Counted from the first letter of the whole stretch, positions 1-11,989 are shown. The stretch is DNA of 63,233 bases, filler included, from Octopus bimaculoides (GCF_001194135.2; 10 parts of 9 records of this genome joined end to end with filler, not necessarily neighbours in it); one strand, 5' to 3'. Notes: generated by a model not told the origin, from the letters alone. Numbers and translations are program-made.

Positions 1-990
1 GAGTCTATGTGGCCACTGAGAGGAATTTGGCGGTATTGAGGGAGATTTATTTGTTCTTTATGGACTGCTACTCTTCTACGCAACGGGAGGCTCGTCTGTC
101 CGATATAAAAGTGTTGGCAACCTGCGCATGTGAGGACATAAATGAGGTTCCCAGAGGAACAAGAGAAATTGGTTTTGATTTTAAACTTTGTTCCTCGTTT
201 GAAGGTAAATTCAGAGCCTTCAAGTAGGTAGGGGCAGGTACCACAATTAAGGCGTGAACATTTTTTTAACTGATAGGGGTGGAAGTGGTGTATGTAGTTT
301 GGCATTGGTTAAGAGTTTTTTCCAATATTTGTGTTGCTTTTGCATTTAAGGACTTTGTGTGTATTGATGATATTGTTCATTGTCGGGTCTGTCGTGAGTA
401 AGGGGAGGTTTTGTTTGATTATGGTGTATGCTTCGATGTTTTTGGGGTTGTGGGTGGAGATGTATGGAAGTATTTTGGGGTTGGGTGTGTTATTGTGTTG
501 GTTGGTTTTTAGTGTGTTTTTGTCAAGTTCCTTGGCAAGTTTTATTCCAAAATCTATGAGTGTGGAGGGATATTGGCGTTGTAATAGTGTTTTTTTGAGG
601 TCTTGTAAGCGTATTTCACGAGTGGTTGGGTCAGAGACAATGGTGCAAATTCTTTTAGCTAAATTGTCTTGGTGTATCTTGGGTGGCATGAGCTGAAAAG
701 GAGGTATTGTTGTGAGTCTGTAGGTTTGTGGTAGATGTCGGTTGTGATTTGGTTATTAGGTGTTTTTATGATTAAGAGATCAAGAAAAGGGAGATGATGT
801 TTGCTGAATTCCTTGGTGAATTGAATGCTGGGATGTATGTTGTTAAGTATGGATTTGAATTCTAAAATTCATAAGATTCCTTCCATATGATGAAACAATC
901 ATCCAAGTATCTTTTCCAGTTATCCATTAAGTAGATGTGGAAAAGGTGTCCAAATTTCTGGCGTGAGATTTCATATAGTGATAATTCAAA
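1..990 (-). mobile_element. Penelope-like retroelement (PLE) relic: RT C-terminal half, linker and GIY-YIG endonuclease; frameshifted; runs off the window start
   Basis: Manual minus-strand translation: WKRYLDDCFIIW (RT YxDD, about 898-909), LNNIHPSIQFTKE..LPFLDLLI..TDIYHKPTDSQQYLLFSSCHP (about 680-855), ORF 309-689 NLAKRICTIVSD..RLQDLKKTLLQRQYP, and CGTCP..CSSGNLIYVLTCAGCQHFYIGQTSLPLRRRVAVHKEQI (GIY-YIG, about 50-250). Confidence 0.93.
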
Positions 991-1275
991 ATATATACAT
1001 ATATATATATATACATATATATATATACACATATATATATATACATATATATATACATATATATATACATATATATACTTATATATACAATCATATATAT
1101 ATATANNNNNNNNNNNNNNNNNNNNNNNNNNNNNNNNNNNNNNNNNNNNNNNNNNNNNNNNNNNNNNNNNNNNNNNNNNNNNNNNNNNNNNNNNNNNNNN
1201 NNNNNNNNNNNNNNNNNNNNNNNNNNNNNNNNNNNNNNNNNNNNNNNNNNNNNNNNNNNNNNNNNNNNNNNNNTA

Positions 1276-1312
<37 letters not shown>

Positions 1313-1525
1313 TCGAGGACTTAGAAATTTCTGGTTTGGTCGCCAGATGTGCAATTAGACTACCAGGGCAGATTAGACTTTAAGCCGTGGTGAAGACAAC
1401 TAACTTAGGAGATTATGAACTCTAACAGAAAAGTCTGAAGCTCATTGGCTTTACGGCAAACATTTGCAGCAACTTTCTACCACTGAAAACAAATGATCTG
1501 GGCGGTTTATCTAACAGCTTTTATA

Positions 1526-1722
1526 TTCTTTCCTACTCTAAGCACAAGGACTGAAATTTGCGGGGAGGGGTACAGTCGATTGTGTACTGGTACACAACTG
1601 GAACTTGAAAGGATGAAAGGCAAAGTCGACCTCGGCGGAATTTGGACTCAGAACATAAAGACAGACGAAATACCGCTAAGCATTTCGCCCTGCGTGCTAA
1701 CGTTTCTGCCAGCTCGCTGCCT
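1526..1722 (-). mobile_element. tRNA-derived SINE, family B (head ggcggcgagctggcagaa; core ctttcatcctttcggggtcgataaa)
   Basis: Reverse complement matches the intact copies at 52680-52890 and 43647-43850. Confidence 0.85.
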
Positions 1723-2559
1723 GAACAACTTTTATATTGGCTGCTAGAACCTCGAACTCCGAAGCCGGCGAGAAAATCCACAGCTTCGATCTACAAAATT
1801 TCTGTATGTGTCCTTTCCTTCTGAAGATAGTAGGGTGTAATTTGATCGTCCATATCGTGGCAACCACATTACCGTACGGTTTGAGTACTTATAGTCTTAA
1901 ACAATGAAGCTTCATTCTTCTTCTTCTTCTTCTTCTTCTTCTTCTTCTTCTTNNNNNNNNNNNNNNNNNNNNNNNNNNNNNNNNNNNNNNNNNNNNNNNN
2001 NNNNNNNNNNNNNNNNNNNNNNNNNNNNNNNNNNNNNNNNNNNNNNNNNNNNNNNNNNNNNNNNNNNNNNNNNNNNNNNNNNNNNNNNNNNNNNNNNNNN
2101 NNNNNNNNNNNNNNNNNNNNNNNNNNNNNNNNNNNNNNNNNNNNNNNNNNNNNNNNNNNNNNNNNNNNNNNNNNNNNNNNNNNNNNNNNNNNNNNNNNNN
2201 NNNNNNNNNNNNNNNNNNNNNNNNNNNNNNNNNNNNNNNNNNNNNNNNNNNNNNNNNNNNNNNNNNNNNNNNNNNNNNNNNNNNNNNNNNNNNNNNNNNN
2301 NNNNNNNNNNNNNNNNNNNNNNCCTCCTCCTCCTCCTACTACTACTACTATACTTTTCTACTTTTTCCTTTACATAATCCTTCTTACTATTCTTCTTAGT
2401 TAAATGATGATGATGATGATGATGTCTTTTATTTGCCACAGGAGCAATAGTTGAAAGGGACATTACAAAAACACCTTTTAATTTGTTTTTCGTACATAAA
2501 ATTGGGTGAGGAAAGAAGTGTAGGGGCAAGGGCAAGAAATGAAATGAAAAGTATAATTT

Positions 2560-2835
2560 ACAAAATATGCAAATACATGGATGGTGCATTCCTTCTGATA
2601 CAGGAAAGCCTCCAGCTAGGGCCAGTCAAGGAAACCCACAGATCCAAGATCACAATGACCACCAAGGACATGAGTTTTCACCCAACTTTTGTTCTCCCGT
2701 CTCTCGCTACATATTTATTGTAGTTCCTTTCACTCTAGCCATTTTCGCCATAGCCATCCACCCTTTCACAAATTCACTAGAACAGAGCAATACCTTCTCC
2801 ACACATAACTTCACTTCCAGCTTGAAAAAGTTGAT
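2560..2835 (-). mobile_element. LINE 3' end relic (Tx1/L1-like, tentative)
   Basis: Minus-strand peptide INFFKLEVKLCVEKVLLCSSEFVKGWMAMAKMARV; a similar degenerate peptide is seen at 14580-14900. Confidence 0.5.
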
Positions 2836-2839
2836 GAGG

Positions 2840-3560
2840 ACTTGAGCGAAAGGGAAAGTGTCTGTGCTCAATTCTTTCAGCATCACTCTGTTTAGTGAAG
2901 AGCTAGTGATTCTGATTTTGACACAAATATGATCCAATAATGGCTGGCTGCATCTGAACTTAAACCAGAAACAGAAGACTTCGTAATAGCAGCTCAAGCT
3001 CACTCTATCCACCACGATCTACCCAGCTAACATTCTTTAAAATGATGCTGATCCCGCCAGCCGCTCCTGTGATACAATCAGAGAAACAGTCTTCCTTTCT
3101 GCATGCTTCAAATGAATATATTAACTGCCATGATAGACTTGGTTAGTTTTTTTCTTTTTCCCCTGGATCATATGCGGTAAGTTTGGAACCCCATATGGTT
3201 GGAACATAAGCCTGCCAAAGTAGTTGGAAATAACGACATCATCATCCTTTGGGACTTTATTTTTCAAACTGATCGACCAGATATTGTAGCAAAAAATCAC
3301 TTTGACAAAATAAGTCTTCTCATAGATAGGTCAATCCCACCAGACTGCAACACTTCTGTATAAACATTTGAGATACAAGGACCTTGAAATAGGGGTCTCA
3401 ATAATGTAGCATCTAAGAACAACAACTGCACCTGTGATCATCAGAACTTTGGCGACAATACCAAATGGCGCTCTTAAACACTATGGTCAAATATCAGGAA
3501 GCTTAAAATTATCAGAACTACAAAAACGTTTTCTCATACAAAAACGTTTTTTCACATCCT
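2840..3560 (+). mobile_element. RLE-type (R4/Dong-like) non-LTR retrotransposon, C-terminal endonuclease relic
   Basis: WLAASELKPETEDFVIAAQ from 2941; HKPAKVVGNNDIIILWDFIFQTD-RPDIV (about 3205-3290); YKDLEI (about 3375-3391); many stops and frameshifts. Confidence 0.85.
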
Positions 3561-3754
3561 GAAAATACCTGATTCTCTTAACACTCTTTTAAACTCGAAA
3601 TATTACAAATTTAACAAAAACTTAGTTCTGAGAATCTGATCTCCTTTCCCTAAATATATCATTGTTAATCATAAACAACATCCATAGCAAAACGTATAAC
3701 TTGGTGTTATATGAGGACACTTGATGAGACTTAGAACAGCTCATATAAAAATAC

Positions 3755-4140
3755 AGCAGGCCACAAGCCCTCGGAAGGAGTAACCGAGAATGACAAGACA
3801 CTGTGAGACGTAATGATAAAATGTGATCATGAAATTGAACATTGAAAACCGGATGCAGCGGTTGTGAAAAAAGAAAAACAAAACCTGTTTAATCATAAAT
3901 GTTACATACCCTGGTGATGACAAACTATTGGTGAAAGAAGAAAAGGTCAGATGAGATGATTTGAAGTGGGAAATAAAAGTTACTGTGATAATTGAAGAAA
4001 GTGATGCTAAAGCTTTTGCTGTTGGAGCGTAGGGAACTATAAGTACCAAGCTCACAAACTGGATTGGAAAGATAGGAATAAATGTTAAGATAGAGCATCT
4101 ATAGAAAACAATGTTGCTTGGAACTGCACAAACCACAGAG
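3755..4140 (+). mobile_element. Second, divergent RLE-type LINE endonuclease relic
   Basis: HKPSEGVTEND..CDHEIEH*KPDAAVV..TCLIINVTYPGDDK..DDLKWEIK..VGA*GTIS..KTMLLGTA; same domain order as 2840-3560, different sequence. Confidence 0.75.
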
Positions 4141-5349
4141 TTCCCGAAATTTAAATGAATGATGTTACATTAGTCCACTGGTTGTGGACAGTTGACACTT
4201 TGTTACATTCTCCAGCGTAGTTGCTGAGTTAAACAAGATAAATAATAATAACAATAATAATATACCCATACATACACACACATACACAAATACATACCTA
4301 TCAGCCACTTCCCGAAGCCAGTTTGATCCAAAATTCTGACCACCATGTATGTGTTTGTGTGAAAATATATATATTTTCACACCAACACATACACACATGT
4401 ACACATTCAGCTTTTCGTTTTTATTCATTACTTTTAATCGTCTGTTTCTAGTCTTTGTTTTGGGGGTTTCACTTTAGCAACACCAGTTACACATGATACC
4501 AGGAATTTGCTTGGTATCGTCGAAGTGGAAAAGTGTTTTTGAAGTTTTTGAAAATTTGAAACAAAAAGGCATGGTTTTTTTAAACTGACTGTCGCAGAGA
4601 TGTGAAAATATGGCTACTACTCGTTAATTTCAAATTAAACTTACCAAAGACAAGGGTCTTCCTAGCGCCCCCAAGTCTCTTAACGCTGCCCTGTGCCCCT
4701 TTTCCTCCTCTAGTGCCCCTAATGCCCCTTTACTCCAAAACGCGCCCCACCACTCGAGCTCCAAATACCCCCGGGGGGCTATATGGCCCCCGTTGAGAAC
4801 CTTTGGCCTATTCCAGTGGATTGTGGGGAATTCAACTTCGTAGTTTGTACTGTCAGCGATAATCCGCTGCTACTATTGGTTGACGCAGTGACATTCTCTT
4901 CCACTGGATCTTGAACTTGCTGGGTGCTCGCCTCCCCTTCCATATGTGGGTAGTAGGCTGAGGGCACTACCGCATCTTACACCTCTGTAACTAAGCCATC
5001 TTTCACCTCCTCTTCTATATCCTTCAACATGGCTGGCTTCACCATATTTGTTATTTTTTTAAAGTAAATTTTTTAAAAGAAAATGAATGCTATTTTTCAG
5101 ATTTGAGCCGCCAAAGGGGTACCAACAATGCACGATAACCAACCTATGCAAAGGTGGTGCTTTGGATAAACGTTTTATAACAAGATGAACGATGAACAAC
5201 TTTTGGAAACAAAATTTAGAATGAAAATCTTACGAGCGAACAAACACGTGCATTCCGTCGGAACGAATAATAATGCCCTGGTGCAGTACCAGGCAGTGGC
5301 TCTCATGTCATCTAATCTTAACTGATTGGAAGTGTTATCATGTACACTG

Positions 5350-5507
5350 TTTTGTTTTGGTATAAAAGAAGGGCTACAATAAAAATTCTGCTCAATACCA
5401 CAGATTTGCTTGACCTCAGCGGAATTTGAACCCAGAAAATAGCAGTAGACGAAATATCTCAAGGTATTTCGTCCACCGTGGTAAGATTCTGCCAGCTCGC
5501 CGCCTTA
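5350..5507 (-). mobile_element. tRNA-headed SINE (family B head, different body)
   Basis: Ends ctgccagctcgccgcctt, the reverse complement of the family B head. Confidence 0.7.
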
Positions 5508-5591
5508 GAAATAATAATGATACTGATAATATATCATAAAACTATAACTTATGTATGTATAATTTATGTACAAATTATATATGTGTGTGTG

Positions 5592-6392
5592 TATCGGAAA
5601 TATTCTCTGTGGGACAAGCCCATGGTCGTTCAGACTTCCACCACTTGAAGCCACTTGAGACGATCCTCAGGAATTAGTCTGCCGACCGGCGACGTCGTTT
5701 GGAGTCGTGCAGTTATGTAATGCGTCGATTTTTTTCGATGAAATTCTGTGAAATTCTGTTTTCTGCTTGGGAAAACGGCGGCCGAAACAGTTCTCATGCT
5801 TCAAACAGCTTACAAGAACGCTGCCATGAGCAAAACACAAGTTTACGAGTGCTTTTCACACTTTAGGAATGGTCACTTGTCGCTTGAAGACCAACCTCGC
5901 TCAGGAGTCTCTCGACCTCCCGAACGAATGAAAACATCGAGGAAAATTCATGAACTGATCTTGGAGGACCGTTGCCAAACAATTGACGAAGTTGTTGATA
6001 TGACTGGTGTGTCCAGGAGCTTCTCTCAACGAATTTTCAGCGAGGAATTGCAAATGAAAAGAGTTGCAGCAAAGGTTGCAGACCTGCTTGCTCACGGAAG
6101 ATCAAATGCAGTCACGACTGAATGCGTGTCGTGAACTGAAAGAACAGCTGGAAGTTGATCCGGACCTTTTTTCGAAGGTCTTCACTGGTGATGAAAGCTG
6201 GTACTATAGCTACGACCCGGAAACGAATCAGTAAACAAGTCAATGGAAGCATTCAATGTCACCACGCACCCCACCCCCACCCCAAAAAGCGTGTCAAGTG
6301 AAGTCCAATGTCAAGACGATGTTGATTTGTCTTATCGATACCAAAGGAATTGTCCGCACAGAATTTGTTCCTCCTGGTCAAACTATTAACCA
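5592..6392 (+). mobile_element. Mariner-type transposase pseudogene, cut by an assembly spacer
   Basis: KFCFLLGKTAAETVLMLQTAY..KTQVYECFSHFRNG..LEDQPRSG (HTH); FTGDESWYYSYDPET (first catalytic Asp, about 6181-6225); VKSNVKTMLICLIDTKGIVRTEFVPPGQTIN; frameshifts present. Confidence 0.92.
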
Positions 6393-6492
6393 NNNNNNNN
6401 NNNNNNNNNNNNNNNNNNNNNNNNNNNNNNNNNNNNTTAATTAATTAANNNNNNNNNNNNNNNNNNNNNNNNNNNNNNNNNNNNNNNNNNNN
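6393..6492. other. Artificial 100-nt spacer N44-TTAATTAATTAA-N44 (first of nine)
   Basis: Identical structure at 6393-6492, 18965-19064, 30752-30851, 34992-35091, 40556-40655, 48777-48876, 54236-54335, 58804-58903 and 61728-61827. Confidence 0.97.
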
Positions 6493-6599
6493 ATATATAT
6501 ATATATATATATATAAAATCATGGTATCACAGTATCAACCAGGCTATTGGATGTTGTTATACATCACTTATCTCAATGCAATTCACATCGTTTTAGCTT

Positions 6600-6818
6600 T
6601 TGAATGATGCTACCCTGTTGTCTAGGTGAGCGGGCCAACATTCACTCCTGATTAGGTGGTTTTTTTCATCACAGGGTTACCCTATTGACAGCTGAGTAGA
6701 CTGGAGCTACAAGACATGAAGTATTTTGCTCAAAAACACAATGTGCCATTCAGTCTGGGAATTGAACCCACTATCCAGTGATTGTGAGTACAACACTAAC
6801 CATTAGACGATGTGCTCT
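6600..6818 (-). mobile_element. tRNA-derived SINE with CORE-like central domain
   Basis: Minus strand: A box tctaatggttag, B box ggttcaattcc, then ttgagcaaaatacttcat..gctccagtctactcagctg. Confidence 0.7.
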
Positions 6819-6864
6819 CACACACATTCACACACACAGACATATATATATATATAAACATTCA

Positions 6865-7052
6865 CCATGATAGATTGCTAGCCACTAAACCTTTTCTATT
6901 TTTTCTGCCTATTTATTTCTATGTTCCTTTCTGTCAAAGAGCGTAGGCTCGAAACGTAAAAGACTTTCTCACTTCCCGAGCGTTAAACTAGTACATCTGT
7001 TTGTTGTTTACACACCCATCTTCGTCTGTTTTTTTGTAAATTCTCACTATAT
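6865..7052 (+). mobile_element. Probable PLE 3' terminal repeat fragment carrying a hammerhead-like motif
   Basis: cttt-ctgtcaa-a-gagc gtag gctc-gaaac-gta-aaag at 6927-6962; ends in a tatata/(CA)n tract. Confidence 0.55.
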
Positions 7053-7821
7053 ATTGACACACATTTACACACACACACGCACACACACACACATGCACAT
7101 ATATCAATTCAATTTGGGTATGAACCTTGTAGTTTGCTTTATAAAGCTCATTCACAGGTATTGACTGCCAGGTATAGTTTTACAATGGAAACTGACTATT
7201 AATAATGAAGATACATCCAGAAATTCATGAATAACCGTAGAGTATATATATGTTGTGAAAACACACTTTATTGCTAATGCTACAAGGTTTCATTTTCACT
7301 TTAACTGCAGACAGTTAATGAAATATTACTATATAACAAATACATTAAATTTATTACATTTCATCAGTATTATTTCAACAACGTTGGCATATGAAAACAC
7401 CTCAGGTATGAATACAAAGTATTTGTTTAATTAAATCATATTTCACAAAATATGTACCTCACCACACTTAAAAATAAAAACAAACACCACTAGATCATTA
7501 ACCACAAGTACAATTTAACTGGTCATTAACAGGAATTTCCCCATAATCCTGAAACCAATTGATATGTAATTGAACCTTTTCAGGAATCTTTTGTGTTTAT
7601 TTCACCGAGTTTGGTGCATGTTTATTGTGATACTTAAGGTGGTTTACAGCCATAGTGTAATAAGTTTAATGTATAACAATACAATAATATTTAGGCAATT
7701 TGTTGGTAAAGTGAAGACAAAACGGTTTTAGTATTATGCAGTAGAGTGGGTTTGCTCAATCCCATCTCTCCTGTTTGCACATTTTACACACACACACATA
7801 CACACAACATATGTATATGAC

Positions 7822-8135
7822 TGTCATCATTGTTTTAATATCCTCTTTTCCATGCTTGCATGAGTTTGACAGAACTTGTTGAGGTGAATTTTCTACAATT
7901 AGATGCTCTTCCTGTTACCAAACCTCGTCTGTTTCCCAGTAAGGTAATATTCTCCTATGACAAGACATGTTTACACAGAAGATAGGAAATGGACACCACT
8001 TGTCTGATGGTGACATTCATTTACAACAATCATGTAGTGTCAAGGCAGAGACACTCACTCACGGTGCCATGCAGTGTGACTGAACCCAGAACTATGTGGT
8101 TGGGAAGCAAAATTCTTACCACACAGCTGTGCCTC
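7822..8135 (-). mobile_element. SINE with tRNA head and RTE-like tail
   Basis: Minus strand: gctgtgtggtaag..gggttcagtc head; tail ggtttggtaacaggaagagcatc..catgcaagcatggaaaag..gatgac. Confidence 0.75.
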
Positions 8136-8348
8136 AGACTATATATAGAAAGAAAAAAGGAGACAGTCAGAATTTCGGGTAATTCTTTATTAGGGCTTTC
8201 ATCCATTCATAAGAATTCTTCAAAAATTTTGAAAGATCTTCATGAATGGATGAAAGCACTAATAAAGAATTACCCGAAATTCTGACTGCCTCCTTTTTCT
8301 TAACATACAATATCTGTACATCACTTTAAAAACTCTATACATATATAA

Positions 8349-8707
8349 GGCGCAGGAGTGGCTCTGTGGTAAGTTGCTTCCTTACCAACCACATGGTCCC
8401 GGGTTCAGTCCCACTGTGTGGCACCTTGGGCAAGTTTCTTCTACTATAGCCTCGGGCCGACCAAAGCCTTGTAAGTAAATTTGGTAGAAGGAAACTGAAA
8501 GAAGCCTGTCGTGTTTTTGTGTCTGTTTGACAACTGATGATGGTGTGTTTACATCCCCATAACTTAGCGGTTCAGCAAAAGAGACCGATAGAATAAGTAC
8601 TAGGCTTACAAAGAGTAAGCTCTGGGGTCGATTTGCTCAACTATAAAGGCGGTGCTCCAGCATGGCCGCAGTCAAATGACTGAAACAAGTAAAAGAATAA
8701 AAAAAAG
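8349..8707 (+). mobile_element. tRNA-derived SINE family A, near full length (head ggcgcaggagtggctgtgtggtaag)
   Basis: A and B boxes; core gggcaagtttcttctactatagcctcgggccgaccaaagccttg; tail ggcggtgctccagcatggccgcagtcaaatgactgaaacaagtaaaaga. More than 15 partial copies occur in the window. Confidence 0.92.
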
Positions 8708-9629
8708 TATATATTACACACACNNNNNNNNNNNNNNNNNNNNNNNNNNNNNNNNNNNNNNNNNNNNNNNNNNNNNNNNNNNNNNNNNNNNNNNNNNNNN
8801 NNNNNNNNNNNNNNNNNNNNNNNNNNNNNNNNNNNNNNNNNNNNNNNNNNNNNNNNNNNNNNNNNNNNNNNNNNNNNNNNNNNNNNNNNNNNNNNNNNNN
8901 NNNNNNNNNNNNNNNNNNNNNNNNNNNNNNNNNNNNNNNNNNNNNNNNNNNNNNNNNNNNNNNNNNNNNNNNNNNNNNNNNNNNNNNNNNNNNNNNNNNN
9001 NNNNNNNNNNNNNNNNNNNNNNNNNNNNNNNNNNNNNNNNNNNNNNNNNNNNNNNNNNNNNNNNNNNNNNNNNNNNNNNNNNNNNNNNNNNNNNNNNNNN
9101 NNNNNNNNNNNNNNNNNNNNNNNNNNNNNNNNNNNNNNNNNNNNNNNNNNNNNNNNNNNNNNNNNNNNNNNNNNNNNNNNNNNNNNNNNNNNNNNNNNNN
9201 NNNNNNNNNATAAAAGAAGATTAAAATTTCTGCTAGTAAGTTGTTTTGAATCTGTTAGTGTTGCTTTACAATTTATAACGAAAAAAAATCAGGAATGAGT
9301 CATATGATAGTGAATAAGAACCAGTGTCCAAGAGGAAATACTTGTGAGATGTTATTGCTATTATAAGAATGTGAAGAATCAATAATTCTGAGGTTAGCTC
9401 TGGTGTTGCAGTTAAAGCAGCTGATGGTTTTTGCTGATGATATCGTTGGAATTATGTGTTGGATTTTGATAATGCAAACACTGATGTCACACTGCAGTGA
9501 TTTAAAAAATTTTTTTTTTTATTCCATTATTTTTATAACTATTATTGTTATTATTGATGAGATAGTGTTTAGGAAGGAGAGGCAGAAGCAGAATAGACAC
9601 AGAACAAGAATCATGTGCTAATTTTCAAG

Positions 9630-9878
9630 TTTTGATGGTGGTGGTGGTGGTGGTTGTTGTTATTCTTCCTCTTCTTCGCCTTCTTCTTCTTCTTCTTCTT
9701 CTTCTTCTTCTTCTTCTTCTTGTTCTTCTTGTTCTTCTTGTTCTTCTTCTACTCTTTCTTCTTCTTGTTCTTGTTCTTATTCTTCTTGTTGTTGTTGTTG
9801 TTGTTGTTGTTCTTCTTCTTCTTCTTCTTCTTTTTCTTCTCTTTCTTCTTCTCTTTCTTCTCTTTCTTCTTCTTTTAG
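9630..9878. repeat. Compound (GGT)n/(TTC)n/(TTG)n trinucleotide tract
   Basis: Read directly; it produces the poly-L, poly-F and poly-R ORFs. Confidence 0.95.
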
Positions 9879-9953
9879 GGTCGATAAAATAAGTACCAGT
9901 TGGGTACTGGGTCGATGTAATTGATTTAACCCCTCTCCCCATAGCAGAAAAGG

Positions 9954-9987
<34 letters not shown>

Positions 9988-10570
9988 GGAAGGCAGCAAG
10001 ATAGTAGAATCCTTATTGGTATTTCGTCTGTCTCTATGTTTTGAGTTCACATCCTGACCACTGGGGTCAATGTAATCAACTAGCCCCCTCCCTCAAAATT
10101 TCAGGCCTTATGTCTATAACAGACAGGATTATTTTTATTATTATTATTATTATTAATGTGGTGAGCTGGCAGAATTATTAGCATGTTGAACAAATGCGCA
10201 GCAGTATTTCTTCTTTGTGTTTTGAGTTCAAATCCTGATGGTGTTAACTTTGCCTTTCATCCCTCTAGGGTTGATAAAATAAGTGCCAGCCAAGTACTGG
10301 GAGTTGATGGTACTGACTCGGACCTCTTCCTCCAAAGTTTCTGGTCTTTTGCCAAAATTTGAAACAATTATAAGGTTTTGAACTAGCAGAATCATTAACA
10401 CAGATGAAATTCGTAGCTGCATTTCTTCCTGCTTTTCACTTTCTGGGTTCAAATACCATTGAGGTTAACTTTATCTTTCATCCATTGACAAAATACAGTT
10501 CTAGGGTTGATGGATTCAACTAATCACCTCCTTTCAAAATTGCCTTCCTTGTGCTGAAATGAAAAACAAT
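9878..10570. mobile_element. Cluster of degenerate family B SINEs in mixed orientation, separated by (ATT)n
   Basis: Repeated gagctggcagaa heads and gggttgataaaataagtaccag cores. Confidence 0.75.
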
Positions 10571-10854
10571 TATTATTGAAGTTCAACCCTGCCAGTAGCG
10601 ATTGTTGTTAAAGGGTGGCTGAGAGTGATGGATAGTGATAAAAGTGGGGAATAGTAAGTGTATGTAACAGGTGTTAAGAACAAGTGTTCATATCTGGAAA
10701 ACAATGATAGAATATTTCGTTTTTGTGTTTGGTTTGGAAGATTCTTTATGTGAATTCATGTGTTGAGGCATATTTTATTGTGTCTGGGAAGAGTCATTCT
10801 CTTTCAGTGCTTTATTATTTAACACACTCACTGATTTGATTTCCACTCATTTAC

Positions 10855-11257
10855 TTACTCTTTTACTTGTTTCAGCCCTTTGACTGTGGCCATGCTGGAG
10901 CACCGCCTTTAGTCAACCAAATTGACCCCAGGACTTATTCTTTGTAAGCCTAGTACTTATTCTATCGGTCTCTGCTGAACCACTAAGTTACGAGGATGTA
11001 AACACACCAGCATCGGTTGTCAAGCGATGTTGGGGGGACAAACACAGACATACAAACATATATATACACATACATATACACATACATATATATACATATA
11101 TACGAATGGCTTCTTTCAGTTTCTGTCTACCAAATACACTCACAAGGCTTTGGTCGGCCCGAGGCTATAGTAGAAGACACTTGCCCAAAGTGCCACGCAG
11201 TGGGACTGAACCTGGAACCATGTGGTTCGTAAACAAACTACTTATCACACAGCCACT
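10855..11257 (-). mobile_element. SINE family A, full length
   Basis: Reverse complement of 8349-8707, with an internal (TA/CA)n stretch. Confidence 0.92.
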
Positions 11258-11594
11258 TTTTACAAAAATTTGCGTTGCTTCTTGCAACCTCTTCAATAGA
11301 ACAGACATAGCCAAAATACTTTTGATCATAGGTTTTGGGCTCAGAGCTGACCTGGGGCTAAATGACATCAATGACAACGATGGCTCTAAAACTCTAAATG
11401 CTCATTATATACAGGTGACCTTCCATCAGTTGAGCATTTTCCTCAGTCTTCAGTGAGAGATTCTGCTACAAGATAAATAATATTCACCAGAAATATTGCT
11501 GTTTAATGGAGTATGTTATATTTACGTAAACTGTTGTTGTTGTTTTTGATGATGCTAGCAAAATTTCAGTTTTTTGTTTGTTTTCTAATTACAG

Positions 11595-11666
11595 AAGAAC
11601 GAAGAGGGATTGCCATAGTAGAACTCTATAAAGCAGAAGGATGTACGCTGGGATTAACTATATCGG
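11595..11666 (+). CDS. GRIP1: Single internal exon (72 nt, phase 1-1) of a GRIP-like multi-PDZ scaffold protein; start of PDZ1
   Basis: Pyrimidine-rich acceptor ttttttgtttgttttctaattacAG (AG at 11593-11594); donor G|GTAATT at 11667. Peptide (E)ERRGIAIVELYKAEGCTLGLTISG versus remembered human GRIP1 [25 protein letters not shown]. Confidence 0.82.
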
Positions 11667-11989
11667 GTAATTATTTATTTGCTTATGGTTTTACTGAGTC
11701 ACCTTTCTTACTAGCAGTCAAATTTCTTGAAAATTTCGGCTTCTTGATCTTGATATAATATGCAAAAAATAAAAAAATAAATAAAATAAAGATGAGACTA
11801 TTGGCTAAACTGGCAACATGACCATCCCCAAATACAACAATAAAAGATGAGACAGTCATAGTTAAAATGCTGGTCAGACAATATTTATCATCATCACCAC
11901 CACCATCATCTTCATCTTTACCACTAATATCATCACTGCCTCTAATTATCATCATCATCATTACCACCACTGCTACTACTATTATAGTG

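Noticed and set aside
4500-4810. Possible hAT-type terminus gttgagaacctttg (also aaaaggttcagaacttctg at about 25595)
   Set aside because: No convincing partner TIR or 8-bp TSD found, so not listed as features
4779-5065. Minus-strand acidic/Ser-Thr peptide (MVKPAMLKDIEEEVKD..STQQVQDPVEEN)
   Set aside because: In-frame stop and no recognised homology; may be a LINE ORF1 remnant but unsupported
6437-6448. TTAATTAATTAA as a homeodomain site or piggyBac TTAA target
   Set aside because: Always centred in exactly 88 Ns; synthetic linker
8349-8430. tRNA-like sequences with A and B boxes (also 49850-49922, 38410-38490 and others)
   Set aside because: They continue into SINE bodies, lack a clean cloverleaf and occur in many decayed copies; SINE heads, not tRNA genes
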